From the IMG/VR virus record IMGVR_UViG_3300036985_006248, positions 96,001-160,000 of that record: DNA of 64,000 nucleotides; one strand, 5' to 3'. Both the position numbers and the translations under genes were made by a program. Below the pieces are notes generated by a model. That model was not told the DNA's origin and did no database searches. It was given only the letters and a program-made list of their open reading frames with translations. Positions 46,830 to 56,834 of this stretch are shown here, piece by piece (within the stretch, counting starts at the first letter, position 1; every line of letters begins with the position of its first letter). Origin of the DNA: a virus.

Positions 46830-49301
46830 TTATTGTCCTATGTTCATGATGCTTGCCAAGCCACCTAAAACGTGACCCTTCAATGTTGTTGAATCATCTA
46901 TCTTTATAATTATTGGTGTGCCTGCTGCGATACCGGATGACCCACCAGAAGCAGCACCGGTCGGCATAATAGCTTTCAATGCTTGGATTAAGGCATCATT
47001 ATCAGTAGTCTTAGAATCCTTTTGCGCTTTGTGATAATCAGTGGCTGCAACAACGAATTGCTTTGCTGGTTCAAGATTTACCGACGACCTTGAAGCGACA
47101 TTTAAAACATCTCCAACCGATTTTAGAGTATTTATTTTTGCTGTGAATTCTACGGTATCTGGTATTTCATTGATGATGTCGCGAATCTCTATTATGATTC
47201 CTTTGATTACATCAAAGCCCGATGTACTCAGTGTTCCGACACCAGAAAACTTTATTAAAGCTGCCGATAACTCAGTAACGCCATCAGCTATATTTTTTAA
47301 ACCAGTTCCTGCATTTGAAATTAAATTTGTGATTGAATCTGTGAGTTTAGACATTCCCCACGCTGCCGCACCAATACCAGCACCCATCCCCAGCAGTGCG
47401 CCTCCAAGTGCTAATAATCCGGGTGCGCTCGCAAGCCCTGCTGCCCCTGCGGCTATTATAGCAGGTACCATGGCAAACAAAGCAGCAGTCATCTGAAACA
47501 TGGCAAATGATAAGATTCCTATCGAAAGAACTGCGCCTATGATTTGTTCTCCACTCAATTTAGCGAAGGAGTCAACTAGCTTTGACATTCCCCACGCCGC
47601 CAAACCAATACCACCACCTAGCATAAGCATCGCGGCTCCAAGTGCTAATATTTGCAATGCGGATAAAGAGGCAACTGTTCCTAATGCCCCGACGCCCACA
47701 CTAGCTTCTGCGCCACCAACGGCGACTTCCGCCCCTGCTGTTGTAAATGCTAGCCCTAGAGCTTTAACTGTAAGGACTACCTTAGCCAATAAACCAAAGC
47801 TTGTTATCATCGCGCCAATAATAAATATGACTGTCTTTGCTGAATCCGAAAGTTCTAAAAACCCCGTAACAACTGTCTTTAAAATGTCTGCAAAGGGTTT
47901 AGCGATAACAAGAAGTTCATTCATAATTAGAGATAATTGTTTCATAGTATCGGCAGAAGCCTTTTGCGCCGTTTCTAATTCTTTTTGTGATGCTGCTTGC
48001 TTTTGCATTTCTATACTGTCTTTAGCGGAGATTGTGCCAAGCATCTTTTGCGCTTCGTTAAGGTCACTTATCCCTAGGGATGCAGCAATTGCTTTTTTCT
48101 CAAACTTGTCCATGGAATCAAAATTTTTGCCAGACATGGAAATAGAATTACGTAGCATTTCCACTCTTTCAGATTCTGTTGCATTGAGCATTTCAACGCT
48201 GTTTAAATAATCGCCACCCAATATAGCATTTAACTTTCCAGCAGCCCCAGCAGCACCTTCAAACGTATCGAACTGTTCTCCCACGATGCCTAAGAGAGAG
48301 GTCATTTCTACTCCCAAAGCTTTTGATTGTTTTTCTAAAGCAATAAAAACATCTATTCCTTGTTTTCCATAAACTGACAACTTTGACATGCTAGCGCCAA
48401 AGTCTGCGGCCATTTTTGCTGGTGCAACCCCGATACCAATGGCGGTTCTGGCTATCAACTCGCTTGTTTTCATAGCATCACCGGAAGACATCTTAAGTGA
48501 CTTAGTTAAATCATTAAAGATTTTTCCAGTGGTTTCTACGCTAACACCTAGATTGTTCATTCTTGCTGCGCTGCCAGCTAAATCTTTTTGAACATCTTTG
48601 TTAAGGGTGGAAAATCCCGACATGCTGGTATATAGGGTGCCCATTGAAGCGGCCATGTCTCCATACCCAAGGCCATACGATTCTAGTCCCCGACCCATAT
48701 CGGCAGTCATTAAATTAATTTGACCAGTTGTAGCGACTAACTTTTCGTTTGCCTTCACTACATCAGACATTAGGCTTGTAATGTTCTTAAATATGTTACT
48801 AATATCAAAAAGCTTTAAAAATTGTTCTCCGTATTCGCCAGTTATACCTTTTAAATCAACAGACATCTTTGCTAGATTTTCAGAAATCTTCTTATGTTTT
48901 TCTTCTTGCTTGGTTACTAAATCTAGATCTTTCTGTTGCAGTTCCAACTGGTCCTTGAGAGATTTTATTTTCTTTTGGTCTTTTGTATCTAGTAGGGATT
49001 CTTGCACTAATTGTGCTTTAAGCAATTCAATACTTTTTTCTTGAAGCTCTTTTTTTAATTTAGCGTTTTTTACTTTATCAACTTCCAAAACCAAGAGATT
49101 TTCTAAACTTTGTTTTTCTACTTCAAGAGAAGCTATGTTCTCTATTCTAGTGGCGTTTAATTCTCTGTGAAATTTAATCTGCTTTTCAAGCAAATCTATT
49201 TGCTCATTTAGTAAATCTAGCTCCTTTTGGGTAGCAGGTGTTTTTTGAGCATATAATTCTGCTAGCTCTTTTTCCAATGCAACTTCTTTTTCGGTAGCCA
49301 T
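46830..49301 (-). CDS. Tape measure protein
   Basis: 823 aa helical, Ala/Gly-rich with hydrophobic repeats; downstream of tubes and chaperone. Confidence 0.8.
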   Translation of the reverse strand: MATEKEVALEKELAELYAQKTPATQKELDLLNEQIDLLEKQIKFHRELNATRIENIASLEVEKQSLENLLVLEVDKVKNAKLKKELQEKSIELLKAQLVQESLLDTKDQKKIKSLKDQLELQQKDLDLVTKQEEKHKKISENLAKMSVDLKGITGEYGEQFLKLFDISNIFKNITSLMSDVVKANEKLVATTGQINLMTADMGRGLESYGLGYGDMAASMGTLYTSMSGFSTLNKDVQKDLAGSAARMNNLGVSVETTGKIFNDLTKSLKMSSGDAMKTSELIARTAIGIGVAPAKMAADFGASMSKLSVYGKQGIDVFIALEKQSKALGVEMTSLLGIVGEQFDTFEGAAGAAGKLNAILGGDYLNSVEMLNATESERVEMLRNSISMSGKNFDSMDKFEKKAIAASLGISDLNEAQKMLGTISAKDSIEMQKQAASQKELETAQKASADTMKQLSLIMNELLVIAKPFADILKTVVTGFLELSDSAKTVIFIIGAMITSFGLLAKVVLTVKALGLAFTTAGAEVAVGGAEASVGVGALGTVASLSALQILALGAAMLMLGGGIGLAAWGMSKLVDSFAKLSGEQIIGAVLSIGILSFAMFQMTAALFAMVPAIIAAGAAGLASAPGLLALGGALLGMGAGIGAAAWGMSKLTDSITNLISNAGTGLKNIADGVTELSAALIKFSGVGTLSTSGFDVIKGIIIEIRDIINEIPDTVEFTAKINTLKSVGDVLNVASRSSVNLEPAKQFVVAATDYHKAQKDSKTTDNDALIQALKAIMPTGAASGGSSGIAAGTPIIIKIDDSTTLKGHVLGGLASIMNIGQ

Positions 49302-49349
49302 AATAGTTTATCTCACAGAATATATCAACATGATAATTAGTATCCAAAT

Positions 49350-49380
49350 AAAAATGGGCGAGAATATGCTTCTCGCCCAC
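49350..49380 (-). terminator. Rho-independent terminator
   Basis: TGGGCGAGAA/TTCTCGCCCA stem with T tail. Confidence 0.7.
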
Positions 49381-49382
49381 AG

Positions 49383-49563
49383 TTATTTCTTCTTCATAGC
49401 GTCTGATTCATTCTTTAGCTGGTCTAATAGCTTCTCTACAAACCACTTTCTTAGACCCACTGGAAGGTTGTAGCTTTCAAATAAACTAAACCCACCATAA
49501 TATTTTAAATAGAAGAATTGCTCATATGTATTTTGTTGGTATTCATCACTTAAACCAAAAAAA
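49383..49563 (-). CDS. Start-less ORF, probable frameshift extension of the upstream tail chaperone (gp51-like)
   Basis: GLSDEYQQNTYEQFFYLKYYGGFSLFESYNLPVGLRKWFVEKLL...; no start codon before the conserved part; overlaps T7 run. Confidence 0.7.
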
Positions 49564-50403
49564 GTCTGCCGTCAGCGGCACTTCCAATTCCCCAACAAAT
49601 TCGCACGACTTACAAGAAAATGAATGGCGCATATCTATACCCTTCATATTTTCTTGGTATACTGTTCGTAAATGTTTAGAGTCACGAGCAGGCATGCTCA
49701 TAATAGCCGCTTCTAGAGCTGCTTTATCAGTAATGCCATTGATTGAAATTATTGTCATCTTTAACTGATCTATCAAAGATGAATCACCGCTTGATAAATT
49801 CTTTTTTGATTCTGATATTCTGAGCATTGCTTTTTCATCAAAGCCGTTTAAAGCACGGCATTTAACTGTCCAAGTGGTCTTTGGGAGTGTAATTGTGAAT
49901 AGGCCATTTTCGTCTACATCAACAGGCTGTACGTTATCAATAGAATCAAGCTTTTCCAATAGGTCAAAGCTATCTTTGTTTTTTTGACCACATGAAGGAC
50001 AAGTAACTGTTGTAGCATAATCAGAACCATAAGCTGATATTCTGGCTGCAAGCAGAATTGCACTTCTATCTTCAACTGTTAAAGTATCGGTATTAATACG
50101 TTGGTCGGTTACAAGAGATTGTATAAGCTTGTCTAATGCCACGCCTTTCTTTAAGAGATTCTTGGAATTGAGAATATCTTCTTCTTTGGCAGTCATTTCT
50201 TTAATTTCTATTGTGTCCTTATTATACAAGGGGTGGTTTGGAGGATAAAACTTACCCTTGGAAGGCAAGGAAACAAAGCTGGTTGGAACGATAAACTCAA
50301 GAGGTCTTTGAGTTGGCACCGATATCGAGGGATTCAATAATTGTGGAGTGTCGCTGTCTTGTTGAGTTTGACTTGAACCAAGACGTTCTAAATTGTTACG
50401 CAT
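49546..50403 (-). CDS. gp26-like baseplate hub assembly protein / tail chaperone
   Basis: LPSKGKFY, MTAKEEDIL, CPSC...CKSC, ends ADFFW. Confidence 0.8.
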   Translation of the reverse strand: MRNNLERLGSSQTQQDSDTPQLLNPSISVPTQRPLEFIVPTSFVSLPSKGKFYPPNHPLYNKDTIEIKEMTAKEEDILNSKNLLKKGVALDKLIQSLVTDQRINTDTLTVEDRSAILLAARISAYGSDYATTVTCPSCGQKNKDSFDLLEKLDSIDNVQPVDVDENGLFTITLPKTTWTVKCRALNGFDEKAMLRISESKKNLSSGDSSLIDQLKMTIISINGITDKAALEAAIMSMPARDSKHLRTVYQENMKGIDMRHSFSCKSCEFVGELEVPLTADFFWFK

Positions 50404-50465
50404 GTGTACCTACGCTTTCTTATGCCAAGTATACAGGAAAGGCGAAAAGTGTTAAATTATTTTCT

Positions 50466-51146
50466 TTAATCGCTGATTCCATTTATTAATACTCCGCTGC
50501 GGGCAGGGCCACTGCCCTGTACTTCACCACCAAAAACTTCTGCTCTAGGCGCTGGCGTTTCATGTTTGGGAGAGTTGAGTAACTCTTTTATTTTAGCTTC
50601 ATCTTCTTTTGTAAGAATTGATAGCGAAGCATAATCATATGTTACTGTAAAACTTATATCTACTAAATCTTCACTTTGATAATTTAAACTTCCATACTTT
50701 ATGTTAGTAATAAAAGGGTTATTCAAAGTCCACGTTTCGATTTTATTTCCATGTTCATCGATCTGGATTATATCAATCGGAAATGTCGCTAGCTTTTTAG
50801 ATATTTGATTTGTTTGGCTGGTGCTTGGATTTCTGTACCCCGCAGCACTCATGATATTATGTAATGCGCTAGTTGTTGACTTACCATTATCAATAGCAGA
50901 AACCATTTTTATATTGATAGGATTCCAAACTAGGTTTTTAGGATAATTAAATGTGTGATTTAATAATACATGCGAGGTAGTCTCGACCTTATATTCCGGT
51001 TTATCACATTCCTTAAGAGTGAAGACAAATTGTTCTAATATATTTTCGTCATATCCAGAAGGTATATTTGTTGGTGCGCCGAAACGAATATACCACCTAT
51101 ATTGGCGTAATGGTTCAACATTAGTGCTATCAGTCCAAAATGACAT
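50466..51146 (-). CDS. Tail tube protein paralog 2
   Basis: MSFW..EP.RQYRW, W.PI.I, ETWTL.NPF, L.Y.S, YDYA. Confidence 0.8.
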   Translation of the reverse strand: MSFWTDSTNVEPLRQYRWYIRFGAPTNIPSGYDENILEQFVFTLKECDKPEYKVETTSHVLLNHTFNYPKNLVWNPINIKMVSAIDNGKSTTSALHNIMSAAGYRNPSTSQTNQISKKLATFPIDIIQIDEHGNKIETWTLNNPFITNIKYGSLNYQSEDLVDISFTVTYDYASLSILTKEDEAKIKELLNSPKHETPAPRAEVFGGEVQGSGPARSGVLINGISD

Positions 51147-51183
51147 AGGTGGTATATGATTTTTTAATAATAAAGATTATTGT

Positions 51184-51768
51184 TTATGTATTAGGAGTGC
51201 CGGGGAATCCGGGGTTAAGAAGAGCAGCTTCATCTGAACTACCAACTCTTAATTGAGCCCAATCATAATCAATATTGCAGTTTATTTCTACGATTTCTTC
51301 GCTTGAATAATCAAGAGCACCGAATGTTATAGAAGTGAAAAACGGATGATAAATATCCCATTCTTCTATCGATAGGCCATCGGCATCTACTTGTATAATG
51401 GTGATGTTGTTGCCCATAGCGTTATTAAATTTTCGCTTTCCAACAGTAGCCAATTGCGCCCCTTGAGCGGGCTTTTCAAGAGTTGGAACACCGTAACCAG
51501 CGCCAAGTATAACATTGTTTACGATGTTAATCGCATCTGGTTGTGCTACGGCAGCAAATGTCATAGCGATCGGTTCCCATTCTACACGACCGGGATATTT
51601 AAACTTGTGATTTAAATAGGAGTGTGCTACAGATGCAATCTTTAATTTAGGTTTATCAACTTTCTTTAATGCAAAAGAAATATCCGATAGACCAGCCGCA
51701 CCGGCAAATCTCACTACCCATCTATAGTTTCTCTTTGGTTCTGGTCCTACTGCGCTCCAAAATGACAT
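51184..51768 (-). CDS. Tail tube protein (gp19-like)
   Basis: EPKRNYRW, YPGRVEWEPI, LDYSS, YDWA; follows sheath. Confidence 0.85.
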   Translation of the reverse strand: MSFWSAVGPEPKRNYRWVVRFAGAAGLSDISFALKKVDKPKLKIASVAHSYLNHKFKYPGRVEWEPIAMTFAAVAQPDAINIVNNVILGAGYGVPTLEKPAQGAQLATVGKRKFNNAMGNNITIIQVDADGLSIEEWDIYHPFFTSITFGALDYSSEEIVEINCNIDYDWAQLRVGSSDEAALLNPGFPGTPNT

Positions 51769-51832
51769 TTATTTTTTCTCCTAAGTTTGGCGACTACCTT
51801 AATGTATATAGTCGCCAAAGCAATATTTATTA

Positions 51833-54544
51833 TTAATCAGCGAAGCTTGCACCAGTATTGCTGATAACGAAGTCTAGTGCGATAAATTCAATTGCACGGG
51901 CTGGCTTCAACATTATCTTTGCATATACAATGTTACGGTCAATTAAGTCTGGGGTCGTTGTTGTGGTATCCAGAATGACTCTGTATTCAGAAAGACCGAA
52001 ACGTGATTGAACGCTTGATAAGAACGGGTTTGCCTTATCTAAGAAACGCTTCCACGTTACTTCTACGTTTGGATCAAATAATACCGTTGAAGCCATGCGG
52101 CTAATTTCTTTCTTTAAGTAAATCATCAAACGACGAACATTGATACGGTCAAGGGCTGAAGGAGTTACTTGTAATGTCTTTTGACCGAATATTACAATTC
52201 CTTCTGCTGGGAAAGTCGCAATTGGATTGATGTTTGATTCATACAAGTCGTCACGATCTTTTGAATTTAAGCGTAATGAGGTTTGGATAACAGGCAATCC
52301 TGCTGCTCCATCTGATAAGCCACCACGATTAAAACCTGCTGGTGCAAACCAGAGTTCTGTCTTCTTTTGTGAAGATGAGAACGTTCCTAGAGCTACAACG
52401 GAAGGTGGAACCCAGACTTTATTATTATTGATTGTATCCTTGACCAATACCCATGGGAAGAATGAACAACCATAACTTGTATTTGCGTAGTTATCCTTTA
52501 CTTCGGTAATTACAGATTGAACGTTTGGTTTAACCGTTTTATCTTCTGGCTCATAGTCACCTTTCAAGTCAACTATTGCCAAGGCATCGCCGCGCAATTC
52601 ACATTTCTCGATTAATAAGTTGTTTAATCCAGCGTTGGAAACACCCGGAACTACTGCGAGATTCATTTCAACTACTTCTGCATCGGCTACGCTTTCGATA
52701 GCGACCTTAACACTGTTGTAGCTGTAATTAATGGTTTCTGAACCGTTGTCTAAGATACTGTTGGCGAATGGGTCACGTTGTGTAATATCCACACCGTCAG
52801 AACCACCAACCATTGGCATTGTGAACTTATTAAACTTCTTTAATAGGACTTCGATGCCACCGCTAACATTTGCTGTGATGGAATTGCCACTAAGTCTATT
52901 ACCTTGTTGCCATGAAGCTCCAGCAGCCTCTACAACCACTCCAGCACTGACAGCACCACTTACGTCATCTAAAGAGAATAGATATTGATTCTTTGTTGCT
53001 GAGAAAGTGGCCGGTTCGGTTCTTACGTAATCTTGATAGTCTTCATTCACTCTCTTGGTATTATCAACCGTTGTTTTTACGCCCCAATAAACAGCCGACA
53101 ATGAAGGTACAGGACTGCCGCTCTTACTAGCTAATAACGGGATTCTTGGCATTGCAAAGCTTGCGGTATAAGCTGCCGCGCCAGTGATATGATTCGTGCT
53201 TAATACAGTAGTTAATGCTTGGCCTACTATACCAGAACCAGTAACTGTTTGGTTTTCATACGCTTTCGCGCCATAATAACCAAATGGCAACAAGCTAGGA
53301 TTTGCCTTGCCGTCATCAACTGTTGTGTCCATTTGTACACTGATGAATTTTGAATTATTATCGTAAGTGCCATATTCTACATATGCTTGCTTTGAATAAT
53401 CCCATGTAGTATATTTATCACCTATTCTCTTAGCGATATAATTTTCAGAAGAAGGATCTAAACTCAACCCAATGAATCTTTCAACATATTGTGGTTGAAC
53501 ATCGTTGTCGCTAACTTTTCTAATGGATACTGTAAAAGTGCCATAGCTGGTGTAGTTGTTAGCTGGTAATTTAATTTCTTCGATGGAAATCTTTAAGTTT
53601 TGGCTGTTCCATTCGCCCTCTGATAAATTGTTAAAGGTGAAAAGAGTTTGTAGTTCTGGATAGGATCCATCAGTCGAGCTTCCAGTGTTGAAGGAACTAG
53701 AAACTCCTAAGTGTTGTGAAACCACCCAGTTAGTTGTTGCGTCTTGCGCTTCTTTTCTAAAGTTGGTATAACCATCGAGCTTTAACAAGATAGCCGCTGC
53801 ACTAGTTGGTGAGCCTTTATCGGCTGATAAACTTATGTTGCTTTCTTTTAGCCAAGTAACAAATGTTTCACCTAAGAAATAACCTTTATCGGAATAGGCA
53901 GTTGGGTTTGTATTCAAAACTTTTCTAATATATTTCTTAGAATCTACGCCAAAGTTAATGCTTGAAGTTACTGAATTAGCTACTAATCTTGTTTCTAAAT
54001 TAGTATTGTCAATGCGTACCCAAGTTTGGTCTTTATTGACAACATCATCTACGCTGCTGGTTAAGCTGCTGCCGACAAGCCCAAGCGTACCACTTGAATA
54101 AAGGATGGCGGCTAATGCGGCTGTACCATTAACGGCTCCCGAAACGAATGGAGCAAAGAACAAACCATAAGCATTATTAACTGACCAGCCTGCTGATGCA
54201 GGGGCAGCAGCAGCAGCGCCTTCAAATTGGAATCCACCTAAGCGAACAAACGTAATAGGAGAAGAATTCTTCAAATACGCTTGTGCGGCATAGGGACCAT
54301 AGGTTGGACTTGTAAAATTACCGTCTCTCCATACATCGCCACCTTGACCACCGGGAACTGGCTCTCCAAATACATCAACAAAGTCTGAAAAGCTTTGAAT
54401 ACGTACTGGGCGCATCATTGGACCACGAAGTGAGCGACCGATAATAACTGGACCCATTTCTGATGGTGATTTTGGCAATTGCGAGTTATCTATTTCGTTT
54501 ACTTGCACACCGGGCGATACAAATCTAAATTTTGAAACTGACAT
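51833..54544 (-). CDS. Tail sheath protein (gp18-like)
   Basis: SPGV, WFAPAGFNRG, GQKTLQ, LDRINVRRL, PARAIEFI. Confidence 0.95.
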   Translation of the reverse strand: MSVSKFRFVSPGVQVNEIDNSQLPKSPSEMGPVIIGRSLRGPMMRPVRIQSFSDFVDVFGEPVPGGQGGDVWRDGNFTSPTYGPYAAQAYLKNSSPITFVRLGGFQFEGAAAAAPASAGWSVNNAYGLFFAPFVSGAVNGTAALAAILYSSGTLGLVGSSLTSSVDDVVNKDQTWVRIDNTNLETRLVANSVTSSINFGVDSKKYIRKVLNTNPTAYSDKGYFLGETFVTWLKESNISLSADKGSPTSAAAILLKLDGYTNFRKEAQDATTNWVVSQHLGVSSSFNTGSSTDGSYPELQTLFTFNNLSEGEWNSQNLKISIEEIKLPANNYTSYGTFTVSIRKVSDNDVQPQYVERFIGLSLDPSSENYIAKRIGDKYTTWDYSKQAYVEYGTYDNNSKFISVQMDTTVDDGKANPSLLPFGYYGAKAYENQTVTGSGIVGQALTTVLSTNHITGAAAYTASFAMPRIPLLASKSGSPVPSLSAVYWGVKTTVDNTKRVNEDYQDYVRTEPATFSATKNQYLFSLDDVSGAVSAGVVVEAAGASWQQGNRLSGNSITANVSGGIEVLLKKFNKFTMPMVGGSDGVDITQRDPFANSILDNGSETINYSYNSVKVAIESVADAEVVEMNLAVVPGVSNAGLNNLLIEKCELRGDALAIVDLKGDYEPEDKTVKPNVQSVITEVKDNYANTSYGCSFFPWVLVKDTINNNKVWVPPSVVALGTFSSSQKKTELWFAPAGFNRGGLSDGAAGLPVIQTSLRLNSKDRDDLYESNINPIATFPAEGIVIFGQKTLQVTPSALDRINVRRLMIYLKKEISRMASTVLFDPNVEVTWKRFLDKANPFLSSVQSRFGLSEYRVILDTTTTTPDLIDRNIVYAKIMLKPARAIEFIALDFVISNTGASFAD

Positions 54545-54642
54545 TATTCAATTCTCCTTTGGGAGTTTAGCATAAAATTTATAGTCGTTTTGACTTAATA
54601 TAAGTAGTAGTTCTATGTTGTAAAATACTATAATAGTTTATT

Positions 54643-55161
54643 TTATTTGGCATTAAACAGGCTTTCACGGGCTTTAATACATTTTGCTACAACTTCAAAC
54701 TTAAAATCAATTTGACCAAATAACAGCTTAGGCTCTGCTATTGTTACTATCTCGTAAAAGGTATCGCCATATAATAAAAAGTCGCCTTCACGAACATATA
54801 GGTCTTGGTCTTCGGTTAAACGCCTACGATGAAATTTAGTTGTTATTGATGTAACACGGTCAATACCAAATGTTTTTGTTTCTGTTTTGCTGCCTTCCCA
54901 ATCAACCAGTGCTTGGACTCTTATAGGAGACAGGAATGTTTTCTGTACTGCCTCACCATAAATAGGATGATAGTTTGTGTGTTCACGACTTATTGGATAA
55001 TAAACCAGCGTTTGTCCAATAACTCTTTCAATAATTTCATCATTTATTTGCTTGACAAGATTGCGCTCCTTCTCTCCAAGAAATAAAGGTGGAGGTGGAG
55101 CGGCGGGTTGGCTAGCAATATTTTCAGCCAAGCTAGATTTTGTTTTCTTTTTACGTGCCAT
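54643..55161 (-). CDS. Neck/head-closure protein (gp14-like)
   Basis: GQ.LVYYP, YGE, EGDFL; position. Confidence 0.65.
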   Translation of the reverse strand: MARKKKTKSSLAENIASQPAAPPPPLFLGEKERNLVKQINDEIIERVIGQTLVYYPISREHTNYHPIYGEAVQKTFLSPIRVQALVDWEGSKTETKTFGIDRVTSITTKFHRRRLTEDQDLYVREGDFLLYGDTFYEIVTIAEPKLLFGQIDFKFEVVAKCIKARESLFNAK

Positions 55162-55168
55162 TTATTTT

Positions 55169-56461
55169 TTAACCCACAAATATAAAGTTAGGAATGAATG
55201 CTTGCGCTTTGGCTGCATCTTCCATAGTCTTTGCACTATCTTCCCCTATCTTCAGGTATGTCATTTCTGCTAATTGTGTTTTTAATTCTTCACGAAGTTT
55301 ATCTTTTTCTTCTTTACCTTCTGCGAGAAGCTTATCACCATTCAATGTTACGCTGTCGCCGGGAATGGGTACTTTATCAAATTTGCTACGAACGTGTCCC
55401 AACATCTCTTTTGCTACTGCCAAGGCGAAACGACGAATCCATTGCTTACCAATACTGTTTATCTTATCATATGGAATATTTTGAAATGGCAAGGTATTCA
55501 TATTGTTGATTCCATCAACGGTGGTGGAAGCAGGAACACTTCCTGATACTTGTGGTGTGTTTGTCCAAGCGTTAGAACCAACTGTGAAATCAAACCAGAA
55601 CTTTATTGGTGAAGATGCATTAGGAACGGGGTAAAGACGTAACATGTTATTACGTAGCTGATATGACCAATCACTAACACGAGTCTTTATAGCGTCTTCA
55701 TATGCCATTGCTTGCAACTTATTTTGCCAAGCGGGAATTACTTCAAATGTGCTATCATCAGCAAATTGTCCATAGGTGCTCAAGTTACCTACTACATTTA
55801 AGCCACCGAAATAACCATAGAAGTTCCATGAAGCGCCGATTGTTTTATAATATACTTTTAATATATTGATTCTATTATTGCCAATATTCCATCCATTTTG
55901 TGTTGCTGAAGAAGAAACAGCGGCTTGCAAATCATAATCTTGTTGGCCTGCGGTAGTTGTTAAAGAGCCGGAATATACTGGTTCATCACCATTTACGCCA
56001 ACAAGATTGTTAACCCCTAGCGCAACATTCTTTGTATATGTGAATTGCATCTTTGGAAATGCAAGAGAAGCATTAGCTAAATCAGCAGCATTGCTACCCG
56101 TTAATTGTCCGTCGCTGTTAAAAGAACCAGTATCTTGTCCAATAACAAATGGTAGTGCATTTTTAGCTTGGTGAAGGTTAATAATATAAGAATATTCTAG
56201 CACTGCCTCTTCATATGCCGTATGAACTTGAGTTTCTACTAATTCAATATCTAATACGTCGCCACCAAGCTTTTTATATGTAAACGCTACTTGCTCTACT
56301 GACCCAATTCTATAGTCGTCTATCTGGGTTGTAGTCCAATATTCTGGTGAGACATAAACAGCAAAAGGCAAAGAGCTGGTTGTTACATTGGCTACATTAC
56401 CGGTTGGCGGTAATATCACTTTGCTCATCTGGGAAATCGGTGAAAAGTTTGGAAGCGCCAT
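55169..56461 (-). CDS. Neck protein (gp13-like)
   Basis: KLGGDVLDIEL, WIRRFALA.AKEMLG.VRSKF, VTLNG. Confidence 0.75.
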   Translation of the reverse strand: MALPNFSPISQMSKVILPPTGNVANVTTSSLPFAVYVSPEYWTTTQIDDYRIGSVEQVAFTYKKLGGDVLDIELVETQVHTAYEEAVLEYSYIINLHQAKNALPFVIGQDTGSFNSDGQLTGSNAADLANASLAFPKMQFTYTKNVALGVNNLVGVNGDEPVYSGSLTTTAGQQDYDLQAAVSSSATQNGWNIGNNRINILKVYYKTIGASWNFYGYFGGLNVVGNLSTYGQFADDSTFEVIPAWQNKLQAMAYEDAIKTRVSDWSYQLRNNMLRLYPVPNASSPIKFWFDFTVGSNAWTNTPQVSGSVPASTTVDGINNMNTLPFQNIPYDKINSIGKQWIRRFALAVAKEMLGHVRSKFDKVPIPGDSVTLNGDKLLAEGKEEKDKLREELKTQLAEMTYLKIGEDSAKTMEDAAKAQAFIPNFIFVG

Positions 56462-56517
56462 TATTTATTCCTCGTAATAGTATACTAAATAGTTTTAATA
56501 TGTTCTTTCTTCACAAA

Positions 56518-56547
56518 TAAAAAACCCCGCTGTTTTTAGCAGCGGGG
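56518..56547 (-). terminator. Rho-independent terminator
   Basis: CCCCGCTG/CAGCGGGG stem plus T6. Confidence 0.75.
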
Positions 56548-56580
56548 CAAAGGTTTTATTCTTTAACTGGATTGTTTGTA

Positions 56581-56757
56581 TTATTGGTCAAAGTATTTAG
56601 CTTCTACAATATGATATCCATCACCATTTCCGTAGATGGAATCCCGTTCCTGTGCAGCAGATTCAGCGGCTTTTCTTGTCTTAAAAACACCAAGAATTTC
56701 TCCACCGACAATTTTAGCCACATACACTTTTTCCCCGCCTTCTATTATGGTTTGCAT
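56581..56757 (-). CDS. Small hypothetical protein in a moron-like cassette
   Basis: ILGVFKTRKAAE motif; own -10 and terminator. Confidence 0.5.
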   Translation of the reverse strand: MQTIIEGGEKVYVAKIVGGEILGVFKTRKAAESAAQERDSIYGNGDGYHIVEAKYFDQ

Positions 56758-56775
56758 GATGCTAGTATAGCACAC

Positions 56776-56807
56776 AAAAGAAAAGGTCGCCACTTTCATG
56801 GCGACCA
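56776..56807 (-). terminator. Terminator after major capsid gene
   Basis: GGTCGCCA/TGGCGACC stem followed by TTTTCTTTT. Confidence 0.75.
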
Positions 56808-56834
56808 GATCTATTTGAAGTTCAGACTAGAAGA

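Noticed and set aside
45663-54544. Bacterial extracellular contractile injection system or tailocin locus
   Set aside because: Linked to capsid, scaffold, neck and replication genes, so it is a phage tail
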